NCBI GenBank assembly: GCA_043228905.1
Contig: JBHGNT010000022.1
Span: 4,340,001-4,404,000, forward strand
Source: Azolla caroliniana
Lineage: Eukaryota > Plantae > Polypodiophyta
DNA length: 64,000 nucleotides
Direction: 5' to 3'
This document shows, one piece after another, positions 36,621 to 50,200 of the stretch (the stretch's first letter is position 1; every line of letters starts with the position of its first letter). The position numbers were made by a program, and so were the translations under genes. Below the pieces are notes generated by a model that worked only from the letters and a program-made list of their open reading frames with translations, had not been told where the DNA came from and did no database searches.

Positions 36621-39260
36621 CTACTTCAAAAGATTGCACTCTTGCAATATAAAGTGAGGAAATTGTGCCTTAAGCGAATGCTCGCGTTCCCATGTGGCAT
36701 CATCAATAGGTTTATCCATCCATTTGATCTTGAATAGCCGAATTTCTTTAGAACGTAAACGTTTAGTACGAGAATCAAGAATTCGTTCAGGAACATGAGG
36801 TTTGTAAGAAAAATCCTCTAATGTTACAAGATCTTGGATTGTGATGGTGTTATCACCAGAGCCTAAAAATGGTTTTAGACGACTGACGTGAAAAACAGGA
36901 TGAATACCAACGTTACAAGGTAAGGCAAGGTGATAAGCAGTTGACCCAACTCGCTTTAGGATTTCAAATGGGCCACAATATCGTGGGGCTAACTTAGCGC
37001 ACTTGCCCGTAGATAATGACGTAGAATCAGTCGGGACACGCAAAAAAACTTTTTGACCAATAGTAAATGCACGAGGACGTCTATCCTGATCAGCATAAAA
37101 TCGAGCACGATCTTGAGCTGTCTTGACATTTTCTTTGGCAATATGCAACATTTGGTTCATGTCTTGCAAAACATTGCGTGTACTGTCTAATGTATCACGA
37201 TGAATCGTGACATCAACTGGGGCACGTGGCTGAAAACCATACATCAACATAAAAGGACTATATCCAGTGGATGTATGTTTAGAGCTATTATAGGCAAATT
37301 CTAAGATAGGAAGGTATTGCTCCCACTTAGAAGGGGTTTTTGCTACATAAGCTCGAAGCATGTCCTCAATAATTTGATTAACTCGTTCAGTTTGTCCATC
37401 AGACTGAGGATGATCTGCGGAACTCATGCTCAACGTAGTTTCTAGTTTCTTAAAGACCTGAGTCCAAAAGTCACTAGTAAACTTGGAATCTCGATCACTA
37501 ACAATATCCATCGGTAATCCATAAAAACGAAATAACTCATCAACAAATTGATAAGCCAACTATTGAGCGGTTACCGTGGTTTTTGTAGGAATAAATCTAG
37601 CTAATTTTGTTAGCCTGTCAACGACAACCCATATGGCATCATGACCCCTCTGTGTACGAGGTAAACTAACAATAAAATCCATCGAGATACTTTCCCATTT
37701 ATTGTTGGGAATATCTAAGGGATGTAAAAGACCAGCAGCTTTAAGTCGTTCCGACTTATTAATCTGACATTGTAAGCATTGAGTTACGTATTTATGCACG
37801 TCAGAGCGCATCTTAGGCCAGAAAAAAGTACACGAAATGAGAACGAGTGTGCGTTGTATTCCAGGATGACCAGCAGATGGTGCATCATGACATTCATGAA
37901 AAACTTTCTGTTTAACATTTCGTAAATCTGGAACACAGACCTTTCCACTACGGTAGAGCAAACCGTTTGTAATGTGAAAGGTCGCCTTCGAGGGTAGGGT
38001 GCTAGTATCGGCATCTAAACTAGATTCGGCTTTCGTCCAGTATTTTGAGAAATAACTGTCATCAAGGTATTTCCCTCGAAGGTGATCTAAAAGATCAGAT
38101 TTTATTTCCGTGAAGCTAAGCATGTTAACTTCTTTAATGCGACTAAGAGCATCAGCAACGGTGTTCATAGAACCCTTGCGATATCGTATGGAAAAATCAA
38201 AATCTTGCATAAGGTCAGCCCAACGGCCTTTACGACCAACAAGATCGGGCTGGTCACAAAAATACTTTAATGATTGATGGTCTGTTGTAACCACAAATTT
38301 ATTTCCATAGAGATAGTGCCTCCATGTTTTAAGTGCATGTATCACCGCAAACAACTCTTTCTCTTGAACCGAATACCGAGATTGAGCAGCATCAAGCTTC
38401 TTACTTTCAAAAGCGATAGGGTGACCACCTTGATAAAGAACGGCACCAATAGCATAATCACTAGCATCGGTTTCAATTGAGAAAGGCTTAGAAGGGTCTG
38501 GTAATAGAAGAGTGGGAGCCTGACACACATGCTCCTTAAGTGTTTCAAATGATTTGTCAAGTTGTTCATTCCATGAAATTGGTTTGACAGACTTACGTGG
38601 ATGACCTTTTAAAAGGTCAGTTAATGGCGTAGTCAATTGGGAATAGTTACGAATTGATTTTCGTAAAAATCCAACAAACCCTAAGAATGATCTAAGTTCA
38701 CGAATATTACGAGGAATGGGCCAAAGTTTAACCTTTTCAATACGAGAAGGTTCAATTTCAACGCCATTTTCTGTAATTAAATGACCTAGGTACACAATAG
38801 ATTTTTGGAAGAAGTCACATTTTGAATGTTTTGCATAGAAAGAGTTGTCACGCAACTTTCGCAAAACAAATCGAACATGTTGAACATGATCTTGCAAGGT
38901 ATGGCTATATATCAAAATATCATCCAAGAAGACGACAACAAAATCACCGAGTTGATCTCGGAAAACATCATTCATCGCTTGTTGGAATGTGGCTGGAGCA
39001 TTAGTCAACCCAAACGGCATGACTAAAAACTCATAATGGCCATAGCGCGTACGAAAAGCGGTTTTAGGAATATCATCCTCGGCGATGCGAATCTGATGAT
39101 AACCAGTTCGTAAGTCAATTTTCGTAAAATATCGAGCCCCGTGCAAACGATCAATCAAATCATCGGCACGAGGTAATGGATATGCATTCTTAATTGTCAT
39201 TTTATTCAAACGGCGATAATTGATACACATTCGCCATGTGAACTTGATAGATATGATCAC
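36621..39260 (-). pseudogene. G2 pol: N-truncated RT, RNase H, integrase, chromodomain; one stop at 37560
   Basis: FLDDILIYS, TDASDYAIG, HHCC, SMDF, GPF, and the chromodomain ERILDSR..KIKW..DATWE. Confidence 0.92.
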
Positions 39261-40204
39261 TTGCGTTTATGTGGAGCTCCATTTGCTGTGTGACTCGTAG
39301 ATTTGTCTTGAGGAGGGGTGTTCATTGACTTCCTCTCAAGACGACGACAGGTATCCTTTGTGTGGCCCCGCTTCTTGCAATATGCACAGAAGAGGTTCGG
39401 TTTCTTTGAGTCGCGGTCAAGAGTGTCACTGGATTGCTTACGTTTCCCAATGAACTTGACATTCGGAGTTTTGGCGAACTCAGGTTTATTGTGGTCTTTC
39501 TTGGAAGTCCTATGGTATTGCAGCACAATGTTGACAGCTTCCTCGAAAGTTGTGGGGTCCTTGTCATGGACAATCCAATGATAATCCCCATTGGGAATAC
39601 CATTCAAAAAACAAGCGACAAACCATTTCTCACCCGTAAGTCCCGATTTTTGGATCTGGGTCCGAGCGTGATGCACATAATCCTCGAGAGAGGTAAATGG
39701 CTTACTAGACAATGTGAGCAAGTGTTGCGCTTGTTCGGTTTGAGAAGGTGGCTGCAAGAATTGTTTCTTAAAAACATCAACGAAACCTTCCCAAGTTGTG
39801 GGTAAGTTTTTTGCGGTCCTTAGGCCACGCCACCAAGCAGCAGCTCGGCCACCTAACTCACGACCGACATAACCAATTTTTACTGCATCGGGCTTGGGAT
39901 GAAGCTCAAAGTGAGACTCCCAACGACCAAGCCAAGTGCTAATGGCCTCCTCGGTTCTTTCTTTCTTATCTCCCTTGAAAGGCGTGACTACGAAGGAAGG
40001 TTCACCTTCTTTCTTGGACTCAATAGTTAATTCTTGGAATTTCTTTTCCAATGCCATATTGGCCTGTCTCATTTCGGCCAATTGATTCAAGGTAGTAGTG
40101 AGCAATTGCTCAATAGTGATCTCAGCTTGTGTGCGAGATGCGGATTGGGGTTGAGAGGTCTCATTTGGAGAGATCGTTCCAACTGCGTTCAAAACTTGTT
40201 CCAT
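39257..40204 (-). CDS. G2 Gag
   Basis: Open 315-aa ORF with capsid motif AAAWW..TWEGF..FL and knuckle CAYCKKRGHTKDTC. Confidence 0.88.
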   Translation of the reverse strand: MEQVLNAVGTISPNETSQPQSASRTQAEITIEQLLTTTLNQLAEMRQANMALEKKFQELTIESKKEGEPSFVVTPFKGDKKERTEEAISTWLGRWESHFELHPKPDAVKIGYVGRELGGRAAAWWRGLRTAKNLPTTWEGFVDVFKKQFLQPPSQTEQAQHLLTLSSKPFTSLEDYVHHARTQIQKSGLTGEKWFVACFLNGIPNGDYHWIVHDKDPTTFEEAVNIVLQYHRTSKKDHNKPEFAKTPNVKFIGKRKQSSDTLDRDSKKPNLFCAYCKKRGHTKDTCRRLERKSMNTPPQDKSTSHTANGAPHKRK

Positions 40205-41196
40205 GATGCACGCTGTGGGTATGCAATAAAATAAGGAGGTTCAGAAAATACACAAGCAAAATGAATGCTTGAAATTTTGATTGAAAGAACTTTATCCAAG
40301 AAAGTATCTCATGTCTTTACCCCTCTAGACATATGAGATGTGATTCGAGATCCGATAACTATGGTAACACTATGGTGTTTTAAAAACCATGGGGGAAAAC
40401 ATAGCTAAGATGTATTTCTCGGATCTCTATCTTGAGTAATCATGGCGGCTCCCCGAGGCTCAACCATGGTTCTTACATCAATGAAATTTCCTAGATAGCC
40501 TTATATTAATGCCAACCCATCATGTATTATATGGTCGAGAAAGTGTATTACGTGAAAAAACAAGTGCACTCACAAGTAATATTCTAGTCTTGCGAGCAAT
40601 AAGCAAACGTGATGATAAAATGATAAAATAAGGCACTACTCATAAGAGTTAAGTAGTGACGAAAACAAGGGTAAAAAAAAGAACCCATGTGTTACCTACG
40701 AAAAAAAACAATGTCACAAATAAATGGGAAGTGCAAGGTATGCACATATACATCCCAATATGATTGTTATAACTTGCACAATTGTGACATAAGCCACAAA
40801 TTGATACAAGTGATGACGGTGTTGTGCGCAAAGATGTAATACTCAAATCCATGAGTAAAACATCAATAAGGGAACTCATATGGTTTTACTCGTTTTCTAA
40901 GGCTTGATGATAAGAGTTAAACCTAGATGACCCGTTGAAAAAAAAATCGGTCAACAAGCCACTCCATACGAAAAAAATAGTCTACACGTAAAGGTTACAT
41001 TAAAATTAAACGATGTAAATACTTTATACATGAAAAGGAAGTGGAAAAAGGAGAGTTAATTGTGGGCGGGTAAATAATAATTACTAGAAAATCATATAAG
41101 TGAAACAATACTTATGAAATTAAAATTTAATTAGAATAATCAACAATTAGGTGTATGGAATCAAACATGCCCTAAGATACGAAACCCTAGGGTAGT

Positions 41197-41525
41197 TGAC
41201 ATGCACCTCCTCAAGACCACCACATATCCCTAGAATCGGCCAAGTAATGGCTAATTAAAGAGGAAAGTGGCATAGGTAAGTGACATATACCTCGTCAAGG
41301 CCACATCATCCCTTAGAATCGGCCAATTGATGGCTAATTAAAAAGGAAAGTGGCATATGTAAGCTACATATACCTTGTCAAGGCCACAACATCCCATAGA
41401 ATCGGCCAATTGATGGCTTAATAGAGAGTAGAGTGGCATAGGTAGGCAACATACACCTCGTCAAGGCCACATCATCCCTTAGAATCGGCCAAGTGATGGC
41501 TCAATAGAGGGGAAGAGTGGTATAC
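41197..41525. repeat. Four tandem copies of an 83-84 bp unit in the G2 5' UTR
   Basis: ACCTCGTCAAGGCCACATCATCCCTTAGAATCGGCCAA variants start near 41197, 41281, 41364 and 41448. Confidence 0.85.
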
Positions 41526-44500
41526 TCAACATCATATGCAAAACGGCCATGAGATAAGCGTGTGCGATTAGAGCAAACACGCTCGACCCAATGCACAAGA
41601 ATAATTATTATCGTAAGAGTTCAAGAGAGGAGAGAGTGGGATATATATCGCAATATGCAAAAGGCCATGAGTTGAGCGTGTGCGATTAGTGCAAACACGC
41701 TCGGCCCGATGCATAATAATAAGTAAAATCGTAGCGTAGTAGGAGGTAGAAAGAAAGAGAATAAAACATAATACCAATTTGATTCGACCATAAAGAACGC
41801 ATAATAGAAAAAGAGAAGAGATCAAAAAAGAAGAATACCGGGTTTAGAGTGTTGTTTTGATCCTGAGAAGAGCATGACGAGCCTTGTTAGATCCCCCTCG
41901 CTCACACGCAAAAAACATCAAAACAACAAAAAAATTGTTAGTAAAAGCTCTGATACCACTGTTAAGAGTCTATTACTAATCAATAGACCAACTCAAGTAA
42001 AAAGGAAGAAAATAGATTGGATAGAAGAACCTGTTCCACCCGACCACCCCCGAGCTATGATCTAGACATAGCCAACCTACCACCGACGTCCCATACCGCC
42101 GGATATTAGGATGACTAATACCTTGGAAGAGATAAACACGATCGTCGAGACGAAAGCCTAGCCCGCACCACCGGTGTCTACGACAGCAGCCTTCCGACGT
42201 GATGATCCCTATGAGGGTAGCTAAGCCTCATATTTATACCTTTTCCTAGGCCCCTTGAATAGAGGTGCCTTTCTAAAAGGCTCTCTATTCATTGGTTGTC
42301 TAAATCATGATAGTGCATGCACATATCATTCATTCTATCCAATCATTAGTCCCCTTTTTAATAATAGTGAACATACCCTTCACTAATGTAAATATTAGTG
42401 ACCTACCCTCACCAACGTTATGTGTACATAACATGGAGATTGGTCGGCATTCCGTCATGTCGAACTTTTACAGCATATTCAACACATAGTGTCTCTGTGA
42501 GAGCAATATGTCGTCGGGGGTTCGGATCACCTCGATCCCATGGAAATAGTGAAGGTTCCCCAGGTCCTTTATCAAAAATGCGTCCGACAACTGGGACTTG
42601 ATTCGGCTGATGACATGGAGTCTGGGGCTGGTGATGACTAGATCATCAACACATAGCAAGATGCAAACTGGACCGTTTAGACCTTCTCGGATGAACAACG
42701 AAGAGTCAGACTTCGAGGCCACAAACCCCATCTTACGCAACCAGTGCGTGATCTTCGCATTCCAAGCTCGGGGGGCTTGCTTGAGGCCATAGAGTGACTT
42801 CTTCATCCGGCATACCGCCGACTTGTTCATCTCCAACTGGAAACCGGGGGGTTGGTTCATAAAGACCTCTTCTTCAAGATCGCCTTGAAGAAATGCATTC
42901 TTCACGTCCATCTGGTGAAGATGCCACCCCTTGCCGCAACAACCGCCAACACCACACGAACCGTCGTCATCTTCGCTACCGGAGCTAAAGTCTCATTGTA
43001 GTCGATTATATGGGTTTGTGCGTATCCCTTCAGCACTAACCAGGCCTTGTACTGGTTAACCGAACTGTCGGCATTGTACTTTTCCTTGTACACCCACTTA
43101 CATCCGATCGGTTTACAGTGTCGGGGAGGGTCAACTAGGTCGGTCCCATGTATCGTTGGCATCAAGTGCCCGCATTTCTTCCTCCATAGCGGCACACCAA
43201 TTTGCGTCCTTAGCCGCTTCTGCGTAGCTCTCCGTCTCATGCACTTCCGCCACCTTGGTCATGTACGCATAGTGATGCACCATGTATTCATTGTACCCGT
43301 ACCGCTTCACGGGGTTCTTCTAGCGGGAAGACCGGCGTAACTTGGTATTACCCGGTTTGGGGCCCTTCTTGGCCAGGTCGGACTTCATTCTCGAAGATCC
43401 ACCTTCATCCTTTCCGGAGTCGGATTCGCTCCGATCCGACTCAACGTTGCCGGTTTCGTATTCCAGCATCTTCTTCTTCCCCTTCTCTTTGCACGTGAAC
43501 CGTCTCCTCGGTTCCTTGCACGGGGAGAGCACGACAGAGTTTCCACTACTCGCCGGTTCCTCATCCAACTGGTCATCCCGACTCAGCCGCTCGTTCGGCC
43601 CGCTCAATCGAAACGATTCCGGACTCATATCTAGAGTCTCGAACCCTTCTTCTTCCAACTGGACTAGTTCAAGCTCACTAGTGTCAGCCTCCGGTATCGG
43701 GTCAGGGTCGGAAGTCGGAGCCGGTAAGGCATACCATGATGCCGTCTCATCAAACTCAACATCCCAGCTAATTCGGACCTACTTCGACCGGGGGTTATAA
43801 CACTTATACCCCTTTTGCCCATGCGAGTAGCCAACCAAGATGCATTTCTCCGACTTTCCATCCAACTTCCTCTGGTTCTCATCCGGCACATGCACATATG
43901 CAATGCTACCGAATATCCGAAGGTGTCTCAAATTCGGCTTGCGTCCCAAATACGGCTCATGTGCAGACATCTTGTCACCGATCCGGTTTTGGATATAGAC
44001 AGCCGTTCGGACCACCTCAGCCCAGTAGAAATTGGGCATGCTCTTCTCCTCCAGCATTGCCCTTGCCGCGTCCACAATCGACCGGTTCTTCCTTCTGGCT
44101 ACACCGTTTTGCTCCGGTGTGTATCTGTAGTTGAACTCTCTCTGAATTTCTTTTTGCTGTAGATAACTATTGAACTGGCCGGAAAAATATTTTTTCCCGC
44201 CATCCGACCGTAGGCACTTGATCTTCCTCTCCGTTTCCCGTTCAACCAGGTTTTGTAGGTTCTGGAAACACTCGAAGACTTCCCTCTTCTGCTCAATGAG
44301 GTAGATCCATGTGTGCCGGCTGTAGTCGTTGATGAAGGAGACGAAATACACGACTCCCTCCAAGACTAACGTTTTGTGCTGGTCCCCATACATCTGAATG
44401 GATTAGATCGAGCTTGTTATGGCTCCAGTTTCGTTCAGTGGGGAATGGAAGCCGGTGTTGTTTCCTGAGTTGGCAGGCTTCACATACTTGGGCCTTCTGG

Positions 44501-46228
44501 CCACTAAACTTCGGCAAACCAAAAACAACTTGTTTCGTTTGCAAGTCTTGAAGCCTCCGGTAATTTATGTGACTGATCCGCTTCTACCAGAGATCAATAT
44601 CTGATTCAATCCTTTGTCCTTTCACGAACAAAGCGGTGCCAATGACATTGGTGTTGAGGATAAACATCCTCCTACCTTTGTGCCCTTGCACAATGATTTG
44701 GCCCTCTTCCTCGATGAAGAACCCGAGGTGCGTAAACCGCACCTGCATACCCTGGTCAACGATCTGACCGACTAACACCAGGTTCTTCATGATAGTCAGA
44801 ACATGTAATACGTTCATCAACTTCCCCCTCTATCCGACGTGTCTCAAAGGGACTTCTCAGATATGGACGATTGGGTGAGGAGTGTCATCTCCGGTTTCGA
44901 CAACTCCCAGTTGTTCCGGTTTCTCCAAGAAAGAGAACCACTCTTTGTGGCTCGTCATGTGATTCGACGCACTGGAATCAACGTACCGTACTTCCTCCAA
45001 TCCGGAAGTGGTCTTCTTCATAGAGTTAGCCTCATGTCTCATAACCAAGGCTGGTCCTTTACCGGCTTTTCCGGTTTTGGATCCTCCCGATCCTTCTACG
45101 TAGTGCGAGTATTTCTGGTTCTCTCTACCGACTTTGCCGGATCCGGATCTGTCCGAATCGGCACGCTTCTTCCATCACTCGCTTTCTCTGTGGCCCTTTT
45201 TACCACAGTACCAGCATTCCGTGTCGGCCTTTGCTTGCCGGCCTCCGGCGCTTGCCTTGATTCCCCCTGCTTGTGGAGGGTCCGGAACTGATGTCGGCAC
45301 GTTCTTTTTACCTTCGGTCCTGGTCTTGCCGACTGCTACCATTGCGAGCAGATCCGCCTCGTCCACTACGCCCACGGGGCCGATCCGCCTCCGTGTATAG
45401 CATCCAGATGTCGGTGGGTGCACTTGTTGACACACCGGTGTGGTTCTCCTCCACAAGGAGCATCGACTATAAGTTGAAAAATGATGGCGTATTCTCCCGT
45501 GTACACACAATAGTTCAGAATGCTTCTAACTTTGACGCCAAACCTCCGAGACAAATTTGCACCATATCGGCTTCTTCGATATTCACATCGATGGAGGCAA
45601 GAGAGTCACAAATGTCCTTGATTTTGGAGGTGTAGTCTGCCACCGACAAGTCGCGTTGTCGTAGGTTGCTCAACTCTTGTCGAAGTTGAAGCATCCTGGC
45701 TATAGTGCTTGTGGCAAAAATCTTCTTCAGATTTACCCAAGCATCTTTTGGCTTTTTTGTATCCCGAATGTAGCTTAGGAGTTGTTCGCCCACACAAGAC
45801 GCGAAGCAGTACAATACTCTGTTTGCCGATTGTTCCCACACCGGGAAATCTCTGTGTGTCGATTCAGGTGCTATGGGTGGAAGCATACGAGTGGAAACAA
45901 TTAGCTATGTCCTTGACATAGCTAATTAGCTATGCAAAAAGCTACCATTGATAAATAGTCATTTTAGTAAAAAGCCATCATTAATAAATTAAGTATGCAA
46001 AAAACTACCATTGAAAATACTAGAGTGTTTTAATTACATATGTAAATGAGTGCCATAAATGTGCAACATAAATTGATGTGTGCACCATAAATGTGTACCA
46101 TAAATTATATATCGAATTCCTAGGTCCATTATGCATGATCCTTTGCCACATCACGTAGGCCATCTCTAGTTGAGTACTGTGGGTTAGTTGCTACCACTGT
46201 TGCTAAACCCTATCGAGTCCACCTGCCG

Positions 46229-47000
46229 CCACTCTACACTGAGGGGCCGCTACTGTGCGTTCCAAGCATCATCAAAGAGCTGCTCAATCTGACGGGGTTC
46301 TCTTCTCTGTGACACTCTACACTCAGGGGCCACTACTGTGCATTCCAAGCATCATCAAAGAGCTGTTCAATCTGACGGGGTTCTCTTCTCTGTGCCACTC
46401 TACACTCAGGGGCCATTACTGTGCGTTCCAAGCATCATCAAAGAGTTGTTCAATCTGACGGGGTTCTCTTCTCTGTGCCACTCTACACTCAGGGGCCATT
46501 ACTGTGCGTTCCAAGCATCATCAAAGAGCTGTTCAATCTGAGGGGGTTCTCTTCTCTGTGCCACTCTACACTCAGGGGCCGCTGCTGTGCGTTCCAAGCA
46601 TCATCAAAGAGCTGTTCAATCTGACGGGGTTCTCTTCTCTTTGCCACTCTACACTCAGGGGTTGCTACTGTGCGTTCCAAGCATAATCAAAGAGCTATTC
46701 AATCTGACGGGGTTCTCTTCTCTTTTCCACTCTCACTCAGGGGCCGCTACTGTGCGTTTCAAGCATCATTGGTAACTGTTCAATCTGACGGGGTTCTCTT
46801 CTCTATGCCACTCTATTCTCAAGTGCCTTCTATGTGCGTTTCAAGCATCATCGGTAACTGTTCAATCTGACGGGGTTCTCTCCTCCATTGCCATCATTCT
46901 ATACTCAGTTGCCACTACTGTCCAGTCCCGGATTGCTTCCACATTTCGATTTGACGGAGTTCACTCATCCAACGGCAACATTCTACACTCAGTTGTTGCC
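46229..47000. repeat. 83-bp minisatellite, about 9 copies decaying rightwards
   Basis: Unit CCACTCTACACTCAGGGGCC...GGGGTTCTCTTCTCTGTG; ORF-track starts recur every 83 nt from 46255 to 46670. Confidence 0.95.
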
Positions 47001-47216
47001 ATTGGTCGGTCTTGGATCGCCTCCTCAACTGTTGGATCCAACGGAGTGAAATCCTCTACTGTTCGGTCTTGGATTGCAATAACTTTTCTGTCTATTGATT
47101 ATCTTGTGTATTGTTGTGTCTAATCTTGTGTATTGTGTGGAATATTTTTGTGTATTGTTGTTGCCCATAGCCATCTTTAATACTTGTTTTTTTTTCTGGA
47201 AATTTAGGGTTTTAAC

Positions 47217-50200
47217 ATGTCTAGCCAAATGGAAGGGGAAGAAGGGTGTTTAGAATTACCCCTCAATGATCATAAGGATAGGGATGATGTTATCAGGACA
47301 CAACAAGCCATACGAAACTATTGGGCAGAAAAAAAAAGGAAACATCGTCAATTGTTGAAGGATACGAAAGCCACACTCAGTAAAGGTAAGGATAGTTTAG
47401 CTGAGAATGTAAGTAATGCGACTACCATCATAGAGAGAAAGGTTGTAGACTATTTCAATGTTCAAACCAAGCACATCAGCAATGAAGAAAAGAAGGTAGT
47501 ACTTTATGGAATATGTAATGATCCATCGATAAAGGACTTAGTTGATTGTGATGGTCTTAATGCAAACATATCATCTATTTTAGTAAATAATCTTCGTAAT
47601 AGTTTCGTATCCATGAGCAGGTCAGAAGATGATCTTGTCTTAAAAAGGTCTAGTCTAATGATGTTACTTAATAGTGATGTTGACGATATAAACATCAGTG
47701 AGCTATCTAAGGTAATTGGTGTTAGTAGAAAAACAGTGTACAATACAATGAACCGTATAATTTCCTCGGGTGAAGGAACTAGTCTACTAAAGCTAACTAC
47801 AAGATGTAAGCCAATGACACCCATAACATTTGAAATCAAGGATGTAATCACAATGTTTTGGACTAATGAGAGTAGGGTTTCACCCAATAAAAAGGATTTA
47901 TGCAGGAAACGTGTTGGAAGAAATCAATACGAGGAGCATCCCACTCATCTTCTTGATGTACCTCAGGTATTTACATTTATCTCAACATTTGTTTTGACTC
48001 TACTCGGAAAGTTAATTAGCTCAGTTAGCAGAAAAGCTAATTAGCTTATCAGTTACATTTACCTCAGTTAGGTACTAGGATCGCTACTACATAGGTAACT
48101 AGCTACTCTCAATAGTTACTACCATGATAGCTAATTAGCTATTCTCAATAGCTAATTTAGGTACTACCAGATAATTAGCTGTACTACTAGCTAGTTAGCT
48201 ATCATGGTAGCTAGTTAGCTATTTCGTTATTACCAGCTAATTAGCTACTAGGAAAGCTAATTAGCTACCATGATAGCTAATTAGCTACTATGATAGCTAC
48301 TACATAGGTAACTGGCTACTCTCAATAGCTACTACCATGATAGCTAATTAGCTATTCTCAATAGCTAATTTAGGTACTACCAGATAATTAGTTGTACTGG
48401 AAGCTAGTTAGCTATCATGGTAGCTAGTTTGTTATTTCGTTATTACCAGCTAATTAGCTACTAGGAAAGCTAATTAGCTACCATGATAGCTAATTAGCTT
48501 ACTAGGATAGCTAATTAGCCACCGTGATAGCTAATTAGCTACTAGACCAGCTAATTTGCTACCATGATAGCTAATTAGTTAGGATAGCTAATTAGCCACC
48601 ATTATAGCTAATTAGCTACTAGACCAGCTAATTAGCTACCATGATAGCTAATTAGTTACTAGGACAGCTAATTAGCCACCATGATAGCTAATTAGTTAGG
48701 ATAGCTAATTAGCCACCATTATAGCTAATTAGCTACTAGACCAGCTAATTAGCTACCATGATAGCTAATTAGTTACTAGGAAAGCTAATTAGCCACCATG
48801 ATAGCTAATTAGCTACCATGATAGCTAATTAGCTACTAGACCAGCTATTTAGCTACCATGATAGCTAATTAGCTACTAGGAAAGCTAATTAGCCACCATG
48901 ATAGCTAATTAGCTACTAGACAAGCTAATTAGCTACCATGATAGCTAATTAGCTACTAGGAAAGCTAATTAGCCAGCATGATAGCTAATTAGCTACTAGA
49001 GCAGCTAATTAGCTACCATGATAGCTAATTAGCTACTAGGACAACTAATTAGCTACTAGGACAGCTAATTAGCTACCATGATAGCTAATTAGCTACTACG
49101 ACAGCTAATTAGCTACCATGATAGCTAATTAGCTACTAGAATAGCTAATTAGCTACTAGAATAGCTAATTAGCTACTAGAATAGCTAATTAGCTACCATG
49201 ATAGCTAATTAGCTACTACGACAGCTAATTAACTACCATGATAGCTAATTAGCTACTAGGACAACTAATTAGCTACTAGGACAGCTAATTAGCTACCATG
49301 ATAGCTAATTAGCTACCAGAATAGCTAACTAGCTACTAGAATAGCTAATTAGCTACTAGGATAGCTAATTAGCTACTAGGATAGTTAGCTAGTTACGAGA
49401 ATAACTAATTCCCCTTTATTACGCAGGTCGATTTATTTATTAGGTTCAAATGAATGCATCCAACTATCAAAGTTCAACTACGAACATTCGAGTCTCTTAA
49501 GCCACACTTTGTGAGACGCTTAAAGGATCGATACACATGTTGTTGCATTTACCATGTACAGATGGGTTTTCTGAAGGACTCTGTTAATCTACTACGTCAC
49601 CATAGCGCATCCCTAACTAATACAGTTTGCACATGTGGGTGCCCAATCTGTCGATCAAGCCCGCAAGAGGAGTGTAAATCATCTGAGCACGTTATCTCTT
49701 CCATGAGTTATTTATATTAGATTCAATATTGTGTCCGAGAGAAACTGACGCTATCTTCCATATTCATAAATGTGTCATGGGTTTATGTCAAGATTGTGGC
49801 CCTACTAGATTTAGGTGGTGTCCAAATGAATTGAGTAGTGAAATATTGATCTCTGTGAAGTTATTTGAGTCAGTGAACACCAATTTCGAAGGAAAGGTGT
49901 GTAAAAGAAAGGATCTAGTTCGGAAGATGCTTAAACCAAGGGATTTGGTGTCTCTGTTTGTAGTATCTCTAGGAAAGTTCATTAAACGCAACTTCATTTA
50001 TTCATGGCAGGCCCATCAGTTTAAGACTTGCATATCTGATTTCCCAAATGATGTAGTAGTCTCAGTAGTAGATTTCGCAGAGAATTATACTTTCAAGCAG
50101 CAGAATGAAATTCAATCTATGCATTGGTGTTCAGTTCAGGTAACCATTTTTGTGCACATAACATATTTTCGAGTTTCAGGTGATGTTAAAAAAGTAATTC

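Larger units (their letters stand above)
36140..42433 (-). mobile_element. Young chromovirus Ty3/gypsy element G2; LTRs 36140-36613 and 41960-42433
   Basis: TSD TGGAG; 474-bp LTRs with 2 visible differences; iMet PBS 41947-41958; PPT 36614-36627. Confidence 0.95.
35710..45873 (-). mobile_element. Copia element A4 internal region, split by G2, LTRs absent
   Basis: gag, PR, INT and RT at 45873-42434, continuing as RT-RH at 36139-35710; homologous to A2. Confidence 0.88.

Noticed and set aside
37560-37562. Programmed stop-codon readthrough in pol genes
   Set aside because: Stops fall inside conserved domains at different places in each copy, and many in G1, G3 and B fit CAG to TAG decay.
41197-41525. 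Link between this 83-bp repeat and the 83-bp array at 46229
   Set aside because: Same period but no visible sequence similarity, and they lie in unrelated elements.
46229-47000. CRISPR-like array
   Set aside because: Whole 83-bp units repeat with no unique spacers, there are no cas genes, and the context is eukaryotic.
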